Below are positions 10,444 to 20,031 of a DNA stretch of 64,000 bases, in pieces (the first letter of the stretch is position 1; every line of letters starts with the position of its first letter). Source of the stretch: Candidatus Bathyarchaeia archaeon (GTDB taxonomy: Archaea > Thermoproteota > Bathyarchaeia > Bathyarchaeales > Bathycorpusculaceae); the NCBI GenBank assembly GCA_050012755.1, contig JBEKGO010000002.1, positions 32,001-96,000 on the forward strand, in the 5' to 3' direction. The notes under the pieces are model-generated. The model made no database searches, was not told where the DNA came from, and worked only from the letters and a program-made list of their open reading frames with translations. Position numbers and translations under genes: made by a program.

Positions 10444-11427
10444 TTGAGCTGGGATATCATAGCTAACATGCTAATAATCATAGTGCTTGCAGGACTTGCA
10501 GTAGCCGGTGTAGTTGCCGTTCTGATTTGGAAAAAGAACTTGGCGACAAAAATAACATTCATGCGGCTAGCTATTCAAGCGGTTTCTTTTGGAGCATTAT
10601 TTTACGTTTTTTCCCTTTCAATTCCACTTCTTTACTTAATGATCTTTGTTTTCGGTATCACTATTGTTTTAGGTCGGCTTTACTGCGGTTGGTTCTGTCC
10701 ATTAGGTTTAGTCATGGACCTCGTCATCATGTTAAGAAAAGCTCTCAAAATTCCTTATAGAAACCTTTCTGAAAAACTGAACCTTAGGCTGCATCAATTA
10801 AGATACATAATATTACTTTTCTTTTTGCTAATCCCTATCGCATTATGGTTGATCCAGCCGCCTCCAAATATCGATTTTGCAATGCTTATGGTGAAACTCT
10901 TAGCTGGTCCATTTAGACCGTACAGCATTCTTATTGATCCGATGATACCATTCGTAGTTCCATGGTCAAGCAATACGGTGTCAGTTTTCCAAATTAACTT
11001 CACGTTCCCCTATGCTCAAGAATTTATTACCTATGCAGGACAAAATATTGGACAAGTAGTCGCTATTGTTTTTGTCGGTTTAACGCTTGTGGGTTCATTC
11101 TTTATTAGACGATTTTGGTGCCGCTTCTGTCCGACAGCTGCGTCCATAGCTGTTGTAAATAGGTTTTATGGATTTAAGTGGGCACCTTTGCTGCATCTTG
11201 AAAAAGATGAAGAAAAATGTACAAAATGCGGTGTTTGCAAGAGAGTTTGTCAATCGCAAGTAACAGAAGTTTATGAGCAACGAGGTGGAAAAATCAATAC
11301 ATCCATGTGTATGCTGTGCTTGCGATGTGTGGAAATTTGCCCATACGAGGATACGCTAAAATTGAGGTTTGGTAATAAGACACTATTTAAATCAAGAAAC
11401 TGGCTGGAGCCATCAAAAAGTGTGTGA
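10444..11427 (+). CDS. NapH/MauN-type membrane 4Fe-4S binding protein
   Basis: GRLYCGWFCPLG, RFWCRFCP, two C-terminal CxxCxxCxxxC ferredoxin motifs. Confidence 0.88.
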   Translation: MSWDIIANMLIIIVLAGLAVAGVVAVLIWKKNLATKITFMRLAIQAVSFGALFYVFSLSIPLLYLMIFVFGITIVLGRLYCGWFCPLGLVMDLVIMLRKALKIPYRNLSEKLNLRLHQLRYIILLFFLLIPIALWLIQPPPNIDFAMLMVKLLAGPFRPYSILIDPMIPFVVPWSSNTVSVFQINFTFPYAQEFITYAGQNIGQVVAIVFVGLTLVGSFFIRRFWCRFCPTAASIAVVNRFYGFKWAPLLHLEKDEEKCTKCGVCKRVCQSQVTEVYEQRGGKINTSMCMLCLRCVEICPYEDTLKLRFGNKTLFKSRNWLEPSKSV

Positions 11428-11434
11428 AAGAGAT

Positions 11435-12766
11435 ATGAAGACAGAAAATGTTGAAAAAAAATACATGCCTGAAATCTCGAAAAAAGAAGCCGAAGAAATG
11501 AGAAATTCAATGAAGGCGGCATCTGAGAAAATAATGGCTGATAATATTGAGCGGATGAAGAAAGCCGACCCAAAAAGACCTGAATCCATGAAGTATTTTG
11601 ATGAAATGGCCAATTTGTTCGGCCAACGCCCAAAAGAAATTGTGGCTGAGAAGGAAAAAGGCAAGAAAGTTATTGGTTACACCTGTCTCTTTGCCCCGAC
11701 CGAGATGATTTTGGCTGCAGATGCTATTCCAGTCAGGGTAAATTCTGGATGGTATGATGCTGCTAAACTTGGCGATAGGGTTGTGCCCGTGGAGGTTTGT
11801 CCAGTTATCCGCTCAACCATAGGCGCAAAAATGATTGAATTGTCGCCTTTTCTTGAGTTAAGTGACGTTTTAATTAGTGTTCTAACCTGTGACGGAATGA
11901 CCAAGCTTAGCGAGATTTTAAGTGATAGCAAGACAATTTGGGGTATGAATATTCCCAGAGTTAAAGATGCACCACAATCACTTCATTTTTGGAACCAGGA
12001 AATTAGACACATAAAGACGCAAATCGAAGAATTAACCGGTAATAAAATTACTCGCAAAAATCTTAAGGTAGCCATAGAAGAGACACAGAATGCAACACGA
12101 GCGTTCCGCAGACTGCAGGATCTACGCAAGGGTCCACCCGTGATTATGGGCAGAGACGCCATGCTTGTTAATCAAGCATATCTATGGGATGATAAAAAGC
12201 GTTGGACCGAAAAAGTTGAAGTTCTATGTAATGAACTTGAGCAGAGAGCACAAAGGAAAGAGTGGGTTTGCCCACTTGATACGCCTCGCGTACTAGTTAC
12301 AGGTACGCCGATGTTTTGGCCTGATAACTGGAAACTACCGACACTTATTGAAGAAGGCAACCCTAAGGGCATCATTGTTGCAGATGAACTTTGTTCAGGC
12401 GAAAGGATTCTCAACGACCCAGTTGGAGTAGACGAATGGAACATGGATGACATGCTTAACGCAATAGGAGATAGATACTTGATGGCTTCGACATGCCCAT
12501 GCTTTACGTCTAAGGATGGAAATGAAGATAGGATTAACTGGCTTGTAAACAAGGTTAAGGAATCGAATGTTCAAGGCGTGATTTATCACGTGGTGCGTGG
12601 CTGCATGCTCTATGCCATGGAGTACACCAGAATCAAGAAAGCTCTTGACAAGATAAACATTCCAGTATACTACCTTGACACCGATTATACAAGAGAAGAT
12701 GTTGGACAAATGAAGACGCGCGTTGAAGCTTTCCTTGAAATGCTAACAGCAAGGGTTGAAACCTAA
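11435..12766 (+). CDS. 2-hydroxyacyl-CoA dehydratase family, double-cubane cluster protein (DCCP)-like reductase
   Basis: Seven Cys in motifs GYTC, VCPVIRS, TCDG, ELCSGER, CPCF, GCMLY; C-terminal DVGQMKTRVEAFLEM; probable start ATG 11435. Confidence 0.8.
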   Translation: MKTENVEKKYMPEISKKEAEEMRNSMKAASEKIMADNIERMKKADPKRPESMKYFDEMANLFGQRPKEIVAEKEKGKKVIGYTCLFAPTEMILAADAIPVRVNSGWYDAAKLGDRVVPVEVCPVIRSTIGAKMIELSPFLELSDVLISVLTCDGMTKLSEILSDSKTIWGMNIPRVKDAPQSLHFWNQEIRHIKTQIEELTGNKITRKNLKVAIEETQNATRAFRRLQDLRKGPPVIMGRDAMLVNQAYLWDDKKRWTEKVEVLCNELEQRAQRKEWVCPLDTPRVLVTGTPMFWPDNWKLPTLIEEGNPKGIIVADELCSGERILNDPVGVDEWNMDDMLNAIGDRYLMASTCPCFTSKDGNEDRINWLVNKVKESNVQGVIYHVVRGCMLYAMEYTRIKKALDKINIPVYYLDTDYTREDVGQMKTRVEAFLEMLTARVET

Positions 12767-12778
12767 AAAAGTGATTTA

Positions 12779-13564
12779 ATGATTACTGTCGGAATGGATT
12801 TAGGCACTCAAAGCGTGAAGGCTGTAGTCCTAAAAGACGATTCTGTAGTTTCAAGAAAGCAAGTGTTCTCAGGGTTCGATCCTACAAAAGCCGCTGAAGA
12901 AGCGGTACATGAAGCACTAAAACAAGCAAACATGCAGAAGTCTGGCGTAGCCTATTTCGTCGCAACTGGCTCAGGTATGGAAATGGCTCCCTTTGCTAAC
13001 AGCACGGTAAGCATGATGGGGGCGGATGCTAAAGCAGCAATTTACGTTTTCCCAAAAGCCAGAACAATTATTGATGTTGGTGCCGAAGAAGCTAGAGCCG
13101 TCAAATGTGATGAGAAAGGAATTATGGTTGATTTTGTAGTTAACGAACGCTGCGCCGCTGGTGCAGGAACTTTCATTGAAGCAATGGCGCGGGCTTTGGA
13201 AGTCAAATTGGAAGAGATGGGACCGCTATCTCTTAAAGCAGAACGGGCAAGTCCCATTAATGCTTCATGCGTAATCTTTGGCGAATCTGATGTTGTTTCA
13301 CTTATCCATCGCCAAGAGTCTAAACCTGAAATTGCAAGGGCAGTTTTTGATGCAATGGCAGATCGCATTTCATCTATGGTTCATAGGTTAGGAGTAAACC
13401 CCGAAGTGGTTCTGGTTGGCGGTGTAGCTAAGGATGTTGGATTTATTGCATCGTTAAATCGAAAATTAGGGGTTAACGTGTTGATACCTGAATTTCCCGA
13501 ATATGTCGGGGCACTTGGTGCGGCTCTTGTAGCTACCAACCGAACGAAAGAGGGCCAAAAATGA
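12779..13564 (+). CDS. ATP-dependent activase (ASKHA), benzoyl-CoA reductase BzdP-like subunit
   Basis: GMDLGTQSVK, IDVGAEEARA, NERCAAGAGTF, CVIFGESDV. Confidence 0.8.
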   Translation: MITVGMDLGTQSVKAVVLKDDSVVSRKQVFSGFDPTKAAEEAVHEALKQANMQKSGVAYFVATGSGMEMAPFANSTVSMMGADAKAAIYVFPKARTIIDVGAEEARAVKCDEKGIMVDFVVNERCAAGAGTFIEAMARALEVKLEEMGPLSLKAERASPINASCVIFGESDVVSLIHRQESKPEIARAVFDAMADRISSMVHRLGVNPEVVLVGGVAKDVGFIASLNRKLGVNVLIPEFPEYVGALGAALVATNRTKEGQK

Positions 13565-14472
13565 AAGAACCTAGCACAATTAAAGGTGACATTGAATTTT
13601 GGCGTTGGCAAGAATACCAACGTATTGTGCCGAGCATAAAATGGACAAAAAAGGACATAATAACTGCAGGTGTCGATGTTGGTTCTGTCGGTTCAAAAGC
13701 CGTTATTATGGTTAATGGTCAAGCTTACTCTTGGGGAATTGCCAGAACAGGTTCCAACAGTCCTGAAAGTGCAAAGAAAGTTTTAGACTGGGCACTTATG
13801 GACACTGGTCTTAAGGTAGGTGACCTCAAATACATCGTGGGCACAGGCTATGGCAGAGTTAATGTGCCCATGGCAAACAAAGCTATAACAGAAATTGCTT
13901 GTCATGCAAAAGGAGCTAACTATATTTGGGGGCCAAGCGTTCGAACCGTATTGGACGTTGGAGGACAAGACATTAAAGCCATTCGAATCGACGAAACCGG
14001 TAGAGTAGTCTCTTTTTTAATGAATGATAAATGTGCAGCTGGAACAGGGAGAGGAATGGAAGTTTTCGCCGATTTGCTAAAAATTTCCATTGAAAAAATC
14101 GGAGAAATGTCTCTTCTGGTTGATGAGGAACCGCCGCCAGTAAGTTGCACATGCGTGGCTTTCGCAAAAACTGAAGCCGTGGGACTCTTGCGTAAAGGTT
14201 GGTCTAAAGAAAAGGTTTTAGCTGCCTACACTCGGGCAATGGCAGTTCGTATGGCTAACTTGATTAATAGAGTAGGCCTAGAAAAAGAATTGGTTATTAC
14301 TGGCGGACAATCAAAAAACATTGGAATTGTTAGCAGGATAGAGGTTGTTTTAGGAGAGAAATGTTTGCCGATGCCAAACTGGCGAGAGAACGGTTTGGAC
14401 CCTATGATTGCAGGCGCATTAGGTGCAGCGCTCTTTGGTAAAGCGCTCTACGAGAAAGCACAAAAAACCTAG
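13561..14472 (+). CDS. ATP-dependent activase, benzoyl-CoA reductase BzdQ-like subunit
   Basis: N-terminal EFWRW extension typical of BzdQ; AGVDVGSVGSKA, GTGYGR, MNDKCAAGTGRGME. Confidence 0.82.
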   Translation: MKEPSTIKGDIEFWRWQEYQRIVPSIKWTKKDIITAGVDVGSVGSKAVIMVNGQAYSWGIARTGSNSPESAKKVLDWALMDTGLKVGDLKYIVGTGYGRVNVPMANKAITEIACHAKGANYIWGPSVRTVLDVGGQDIKAIRIDETGRVVSFLMNDKCAAGTGRGMEVFADLLKISIEKIGEMSLLVDEEPPPVSCTCVAFAKTEAVGLLRKGWSKEKVLAAYTRAMAVRMANLINRVGLEKELVITGGQSKNIGIVSRIEVVLGEKCLPMPNWRENGLDPMIAGALGAALFGKALYEKAQKT

Positions 14473-14487
14473 AGGCACTTTAGATTT

Positions 14488-14772
14488 ATGATTACGCATT
14501 ATGGCTACAGCGATGGATCAGGCGAATACTACATTACAATTGATACCGACAGGTGCAATAGCTGCGGCAAATGCGTTAAGCAATGTCCTCAATCAGCACT
14601 TCAGATGGAAACTATGTTAATTGACCTTGAAGACAAGACAGTGGCATCAGTCACAGAGGAGCACCGGAAAAAAATAAAATACACATGTGCTTCTTGCAAA
14701 CCAGAAACTAATAGATCCCCTTGCGTACTAGCTTGCAAGACCAAAGCAATTAGCTGTAGTTGGAAAGTATAA
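14488..14772 (+). CDS. BzdM-like ferredoxin
   Basis: HYGYSDGSGEYYITIDTDRCNSCGKCVKQCP ... KYTCASCKP ... PCVLAC. Confidence 0.8.
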   Translation: MITHYGYSDGSGEYYITIDTDRCNSCGKCVKQCPQSALQMETMLIDLEDKTVASVTEEHRKKIKYTCASCKPETNRSPCVLACKTKAISCSWKV

Positions 14773-14959
14773 TAATGTTTGATTGAAATGAGTAACCTCA
14801 CTATTTTCTGTTCGTCAACAAAAGGTTTCTAAACGCAAACATTATTTGTATCGTGAGTCATCAGATAGTAGAAAGCAGTATTAGAGATATTACTTGAGAA
14901 TTCGCTAGCTTTATTTATGATTTCACACACTCAAACGTTGATAGCGGGGCAAGAAAACA

Positions 14960-15511
14960 TTGGCAAGAAATCCTCAGTCAAAAGATGAAGCATTAGAAGC
15001 CATAGACTTCATCGTAAATGTTTTAAAAGAACACGAGAAAGATTTAGATAAACTGATTAATGAGTTAGCAACTGTCACCGAACAACTTGGAGATACCGGG
15101 CAAATAAACGATAAAGTAGAAAAAGTTGAAGAAAAAATAAATAACCTGCAAAAAGAAGTCACAAATCTGATCACTTACTTATCAAGTGCACCAAGACAAG
15201 CTTCTCCTGCAACGGCTAAGGAGCAGGTAGCTCAAGCAACACCTACCGCTGCGGTTCAGAGTGGGCTCTCTTTGATTTTTAGGTGTAAGCAATGGGAAGA
15301 TTTTCAAACTTTAGCTTTTCAGGCTCAAACTTTGTCTTTTAGCCTAAAAGAAGAAGAGAAGAGTTTTCAAGCTGATGCGTTTAAAGGTAACCAGATCATT
15401 ACTTATAGCGGTCCTGTCCCTAAGTTGTCAGCCGTTTTGAAGGCATGGTTGTCTAGGCAATTGGACGTTCCAGAAAGAAGTATTTTGGAAGGCGTTTTAG
15501 CAATTAACTAA
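14960..15511 (+). CDS. Hypothetical protein with N-terminal coiled coil
   Basis: 183-aa ORF with heptad pattern, upstream AT-rich promoter-like region. Confidence 0.75.
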   Translation: MARNPQSKDEALEAIDFIVNVLKEHEKDLDKLINELATVTEQLGDTGQINDKVEKVEEKINNLQKEVTNLITYLSSAPRQASPATAKEQVAQATPTAAVQSGLSLIFRCKQWEDFQTLAFQAQTLSFSLKEEEKSFQADAFKGNQIITYSGPVPKLSAVLKAWLSRQLDVPERSILEGVLAIN

Positions 15512-15576
15512 GATTAATATGTTCATTCTTTATTTTTGATTCATAAAGCTTATAATATGCTTTATCATATCTTAAG

Positions 15577-15734
15577 TCTTGTTAGTGTATGGAGTATTAG
15601 TTAGGGTTGAAGGCAAAACCACTAAGCCATTTAACTTTTCCGTTTTCGAAGCCTTCTCCTTTCTCCTCGATGACGGATGGCACTGGTAAGCCAACAAACA
15701 ATAACTAGTTCTCCAGCACTACATTACAACAAGA
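15577..15734 (+). ncRNA. Candidate rod-shaped structured ncRNA
   Basis: Nested complementary segments TCTTGTT/AACAAGA, TAGTG/CACTA, TGGAG/CTCCA, TTAGTTA/TAACTAG, GTTG..GGC/GCCAAC, ACCA/TGGT, GCCA/TGGC, TCCGT/ACGGA; TATA-like AAGCTTATAAT ~25-30 nt upstream; T-run downstream. Confidence 0.65.
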
Positions 15735-15803
15735 ATTTTTGAATAAACCAATACACCAAATCTTATATGCACTTAAAGTCCATTATAATTCAGGTTGATT
15801 TGT

Positions 15804-15887
15804 TTGGCTATAGATGTAGAAAGAACAAAGAAGCCGAAACTTCCCACAAAAAAACGGTTGCTAAAGAAAATAAAAAATAGAAGATAA
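15804..15887 (+). CDS. Possible 27-aa basic peptide
   Basis: TTG start, MAIDVERTKKPKLPTKKRLLKKIKNRR*, upstream AGGTTGA and CTTATAT. Confidence 0.4.
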   Translation: MAIDVERTKKPKLPTKKRLLKKIKNRR

Positions 15888-16137
15888 ACCGCTGAAACTA
15901 CGTTGACTTTCGATTATTGATATGATAGCTTAGAAAATGTCTTTTAACTTTCCTTCAATTTTACATCCAATTGTTAATTACCAAATTAACTCCTCTCCTC
16001 GTTTTTATCTGCAAAAACAGCCAACAAGAAGCAAACCAACTCTAGAGAGAAAGAAGAGGCAAAACAAACTGTCTAAAAGAGTGTAAATGCTCGTTAGCAT
16101 TAAACTTGTAAAAGTCGCTTGCCTTTCATCAACTACT

Positions 16138-16644
16138 TTACTTGGGCGTTGTCAAATATTTGAGATGGAACGGCTTTATCATGATTCCAGCCTTTAAATC
16201 TGCATTGAAAGTTTGGCTTTCAACCACCCAATCAGACAGTTCAGAATCATGTGCCCGAATGAACTCAGCGAAGTTTGCGAAGTTTTCATGAAGTGAAATA
16301 CAAGCAGCATCCCAGCCCATTCCTCTTCCATCTAAAACCAGAATCACGTTGGGTTGCTTCATGTACCAATCTTTCATTTCTTGCAGTGCCTTTGTTTTTT
16401 CCTCGCCCGTTGTAAATTTCAGTTTACTCTTTACAAAAGTGAATGCAGCTATTTCAAACCCAATTTGCCCAAACTTCGGGATTACGGTATATCCTTCTAT
16501 GAAGTTTTCTTCAAGCATGGCTCTTCTTCGGGTGACTGTAGGTTGAGAAACGCCGAGTGATTTTGCCAGTTGCCTATCGCTTCTGTGCGAATCCTTCATT
16601 AATTCAAAAAGTATTTTGTAGTCGATCGGTTTAAGTTCTTTCAT
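16138..16644 (-). CDS. Lrp/AsnC family transcriptional regulator
   Basis: IDYKILFELMKDSHRSDRQLAKSLGVSQPTVTRRR HTH; probable start MKELKP at 16644. Confidence 0.9.
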   Translation of the reverse strand: MKELKPIDYKILFELMKDSHRSDRQLAKSLGVSQPTVTRRRAMLEENFIEGYTVIPKFGQIGFEIAAFTFVKSKLKFTTGEEKTKALQEMKDWYMKQPNVILVLDGRGMGWDAACISLHENFANFAEFIRAHDSELSDWVVESQTFNADLKAGIMIKPFHLKYLTTPK

Positions 16645-16786
16645 CGTAATCAACTTTTGCCATTCACTAGCGTTTTTGACATCATATATAAACATCGTTG
16701 TTGAATAAACGGAAAATCGTTCCAGTATTACAGGGCAACAATAACCCTAAGTCGATACTTTTAAGAGAAAAAACCCCTTAACACAT

Positions 16787-18163
16787 GTGGGAGCCACGAA
16801 AGTAATGTCGCCTCAAATTCTTACGGATGTAAAACAGGAAATAACCAATTTACTCAGCGATTTAATACGTTTAGACACAACTAACCCTCCAGGCAACGAA
16901 ACACAAGCAGCAACATATGTTGCAGAATACTTTGGCAAGGAGGGGTTCAAAACAGAAATTATTGAGTCAGCGCCTGGAAGAGGCAGCGCAATTACAAGGC
17001 TTAAAGGAACAGGCGAAAAACCCAACTTACTTTTGTTGTCTCATTTGGACGTTGTTGCGGCTAATCCAAACGAGTGGACCGTTGACCCTTTCGCTGGTAC
17101 AGTCAAGAATGGTTATGTCTATGGCAGAGGAGCTTATGACATGAAATGCATGACGGCCATCGAAATGGTTGTCCTAAAGTATTTGAAGAAAAACAATGTG
17201 CATCTGAAAGGCGACGTTGTTTTGGCAGCTACGGCTGATGAAGAAAGCGGTGGCGAAGAAGGAGCAGGTTACCTTCTAAGGAAACATAAAGAAAAAATTT
17301 GGTGCCCATACGTTATCAATGAAGGGGGTGGCTTAGCTTTCCCATCAAAAAAAGGCTATGTGTTTCCTATTCAGACAGCGGAAAAAGGAATTCTTTGGCT
17401 TAGAGTAAAGGCAAAAGGAACCCCCGGGCACGGATCCACGCCTAATACGGCTGATAATGCAGTCATGCGTATGAACAAGGTTGTCGACATATTGGGAAAT
17501 TACAAAGCCAAAACCATGTATGTGCCCACTCTCAGAAAGTTTCTCGATGAAATGGGAAAACATGACCCTGAAATCAGCGAGATATTTTCACGTTTGCTTG
17601 CCAATCCTATGCGAAGCGAACAGATACTCGATGAGTTGGCAAAAAAAGACAAGGCTTTAGCTGAAGAAATTAGGCCAAGAACCAAAATGACCATTGCCCC
17701 AACCATGATCCATGGTGGAGTTAAAGAGAACATAATACCTTCAGACTGTGAAGCAGTATTTGACTGTAGAATACTTCCAGGGCAAGATGCGAATGCGACA
17801 TTTGATTTAATAAAGAACTTACTGAAAGATGTAGGATTAGAAAAGTTAAGTTTTGAGTTTATTCAAAAACATGATGGATCTGAGTCTACTACGAAAACTC
17901 CACTTTACGAAACAATCACAAGTGTTCTTAAAGAGTTTGGACCAAACTGCGGAATCACACCAACACTAACTACAGGAGGAACCGACTCACGTTTCTTCAG
18001 AGAAGCGGGCAGCATATGCTATGGCTATCAACCTATGATTCCTGATGAGCCAAACGATCAATTGGAGAAACGCATGCATGGTATTGATGAACGAATAACG
18101 ATTGAAAACCTTGTTTATGGAACTAGCATACTTTATGAGACTGTGAAAAGATTCATGAGCTAA
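16787..18163 (+). CDS. M20/M25/M40 family metallopeptidase
   Basis: SHLDVV, GRGAYDMK, ADEE, GGTDSR, HGIDERI. Confidence 0.93.
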   Translation: MGATKVMSPQILTDVKQEITNLLSDLIRLDTTNPPGNETQAATYVAEYFGKEGFKTEIIESAPGRGSAITRLKGTGEKPNLLLLSHLDVVAANPNEWTVDPFAGTVKNGYVYGRGAYDMKCMTAIEMVVLKYLKKNNVHLKGDVVLAATADEESGGEEGAGYLLRKHKEKIWCPYVINEGGGLAFPSKKGYVFPIQTAEKGILWLRVKAKGTPGHGSTPNTADNAVMRMNKVVDILGNYKAKTMYVPTLRKFLDEMGKHDPEISEIFSRLLANPMRSEQILDELAKKDKALAEEIRPRTKMTIAPTMIHGGVKENIIPSDCEAVFDCRILPGQDANATFDLIKNLLKDVGLEKLSFEFIQKHDGSESTTKTPLYETITSVLKEFGPNCGITPTLTTGGTDSRFFREAGSICYGYQPMIPDEPNDQLEKRMHGIDERITIENLVYGTSILYETVKRFMS

Positions 18164-18235
18164 AAAACACCAGGCTAACTCTCGCTCATGACTTATTTCC
18201 CTAATTTTTTGGTGAATGGCATTTGTTTTTGCGCA

Positions 18236-18335
18236 CAACCTACCGCTAAACTCTATTAGATGCGTCCAACAAGAGCGCTAATAAGAAAAAACATAGCACC
18301 CAAAACACAAAGGACAAAAACTGCAAAATTTAAAT
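18236..18335 (+). repeat. Dispersed element copy 3: degenerate core, no array
   Basis: CAACCTAC ... AGCACCCAAAACACAAAGGACAAAAACTGC with longer internal spacing than other copies. Confidence 0.6.
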
Positions 18336-18479
18336 CCGCATCTTCAACTATCATCGCATTCAAGAGGAACATTTATCGAAGCAAGATTAATGTAAACTGA
18401 TGAACACAAAATATAAATTTTTATAGTAACAGCGCCAATTTAACAAGCAAGATGCGCCTATCTTGGTGTCAACTTCATT

Positions 18480-19022
18480 ATGACAAGCGAGTTAACGTCA
18501 ATTAATCAGGAGCTAAAGAATTATGAAGCCGGCAAAATTGTCGGTTTAATCTCTGATACGCATGTTCCAAAAAGGGCATTGAGTATTCCAAAAAAAGTTT
18601 TTGAAGCGTTTGCAAACGTTGATTTTGTCATTCATGCAGGCGACCTTGTGGAGTTAGCAGTCATTGATGAGTTGGAGCAGGCTGCCCCTGTTTTGGCAGT
18701 TCATGGAAACATGGATAGCTTTGAAGTTAGCAATTCTTTGCCTAAGATTAATTCTCTTAAGCTTTTTGATTGGAAAATAGGTGTCATTCATGATGCAGAC
18801 AGCTTTAATGAGCGGGGAAAAATGCAGGATATTGCTAAAGAAAACGGTTTTAACGTTTTGGTCTACGGGCACACGCATGTTTCAAAAATAAAATGGGAAG
18901 GCAAAACTCTCTACATTAACCCCGGAAGCCCAACTGACCCAGCATCAATCCTCAATAAACCATCTGTTGCGTTGCTGAGAGTAACCAAGGAAGTCATTAC
19001 TCCCCAAATAATAAACATCTAA
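18480..19022 (+). CDS. YfcE/MJ0936 family metallophosphoesterase
   Basis: ISDTH, HAGD, GNMD, YGHTH, INPGS. Confidence 0.92.
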   Translation: MTSELTSINQELKNYEAGKIVGLISDTHVPKRALSIPKKVFEAFANVDFVIHAGDLVELAVIDELEQAAPVLAVHGNMDSFEVSNSLPKINSLKLFDWKIGVIHDADSFNERGKMQDIAKENGFNVLVYGHTHVSKIKWEGKTLYINPGSPTDPASILNKPSVALLRVTKEVITPQIINI

Positions 19023-19463
19023 CCGAAAAGTAGAATAGAAGATAGAATATAGCAATATTCCAAAAAAGAGTGAAACAAGCCAAGTAATCATTGTGGCAAG
19101 CACAAGCTTTTTCCTGTTAAAGCAACCCTTCAAGCCTTGACAGCGCCAAGAAATTACAAACCAGACACCAAACGAGACAACTGTTATGCCAAGGGGAACA
19201 TGAATCAAAGTAATAATTGATACCATGCCGTAGGAGTGTCGAACGATGTATTCCGGAATCAATGCTAAAACTAACGAAGGAATCATAATCGCAAAAATGA
19301 CTATAAGATGCAAAACCACAACCTAAGCCATTATTTTTCCATGCTGCTGAAATATCAGCCTCTGGAAGAGCAAACAACCGTAAATCAGCAAGGCTAAGAC
19401 AATTATTTGAATTAACAAAGCGATTGCGGAAATTAAGAAGTAAGGATTCGTTAAAAAAGACAT
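18945..19463 (-). pseudogene. Membrane protein (DUF420-like) interrupted by an in-frame TAG
   Basis: ATG at 19463 gives MSFLTNPYFLISAIALLIQIIVLALLIYGCLLFQRLIFQQHGKIMA, TAG at 19325-19323, then in-frame VVVLHLIVIFAIMIPS...IHVPLG. Confidence 0.7.
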
Positions 19464-19600
19464 GCCTCAACAAACTTACCACTTGAAGTCTAAACGTACA
19501 AAGTTTCACTTTCACTCACCCCTCCTCTGCTCCGAATTGCAGTTAATCCAACCAACTTAAAAGCAGTAAAACACCAAAATGTCATTCTAAGGTAAAAAAA

Positions 19601-19732
19601 ATGGAGCATTGTAAAAACCCCTTGAAGGACAATTGTAAAAACGAAAACATAAAACTGTATATCCAGAAAAACGGCGAGAATTTGCCGATTTGCCAGCAAT
19701 GCTGGATTAAAATAGCCGAACAAGAGTGGTGA
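19601..19732 (+). CDS. Small Cys-rich (Zn-finger-like) protein, 43 aa
   Basis: MEHCKNPLKDNCKNENIKLYIQKNGENLPICQQCWIKIAEQEW*; ends 6 nt before the next ORF. Confidence 0.7.
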   Translation: MEHCKNPLKDNCKNENIKLYIQKNGENLPICQQCWIKIAEQEW

Positions 19733-19738
19733 AAAAGA

Positions 19739-19987
19739 ATGGAGAATTTCAGTTCTAACAGCGCTAAATCGTACATTGGAAAAAACGTTAATCTTCACCT
19801 TAAAGATGGAGCCGTAATAATAAACGTGGAATTAACCCGCATTCGCAAGGGCGCAGGAAAAAACAGCTTAATCGAATACACTGCAGCCAGAAACCGCAGG
19901 GCTATTCGCATACCGTTAAGAAATGTTGCTTGGGCTGAAATGTTAAACCGAAATATAATGCAAATTAGCCGCCCGAAATGTTCTTGA
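19739..19987 (+). CDS. Small hypothetical protein, possibly Sm/SH3-like fold
   Basis: YIGKNVNLHLKDGAVIINV resembles the Sm1 motif. Confidence 0.7.
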   Translation: MENFSSNSAKSYIGKNVNLHLKDGAVIINVELTRIRKGAGKNSLIEYTAARNRRAIRIPLRNVAWAEMLNRNIMQISRPKCS

Positions 19988-20031
19988 TAGGAAGATAAAA
20001 GCAGAAATACAAGCCACACATTACAAAGCTT

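Noticed and set aside
12779-14772. Complete benzoyl-CoA reductase
   Set aside because: BzdN/BzdO-type catalytic pair not present in the window
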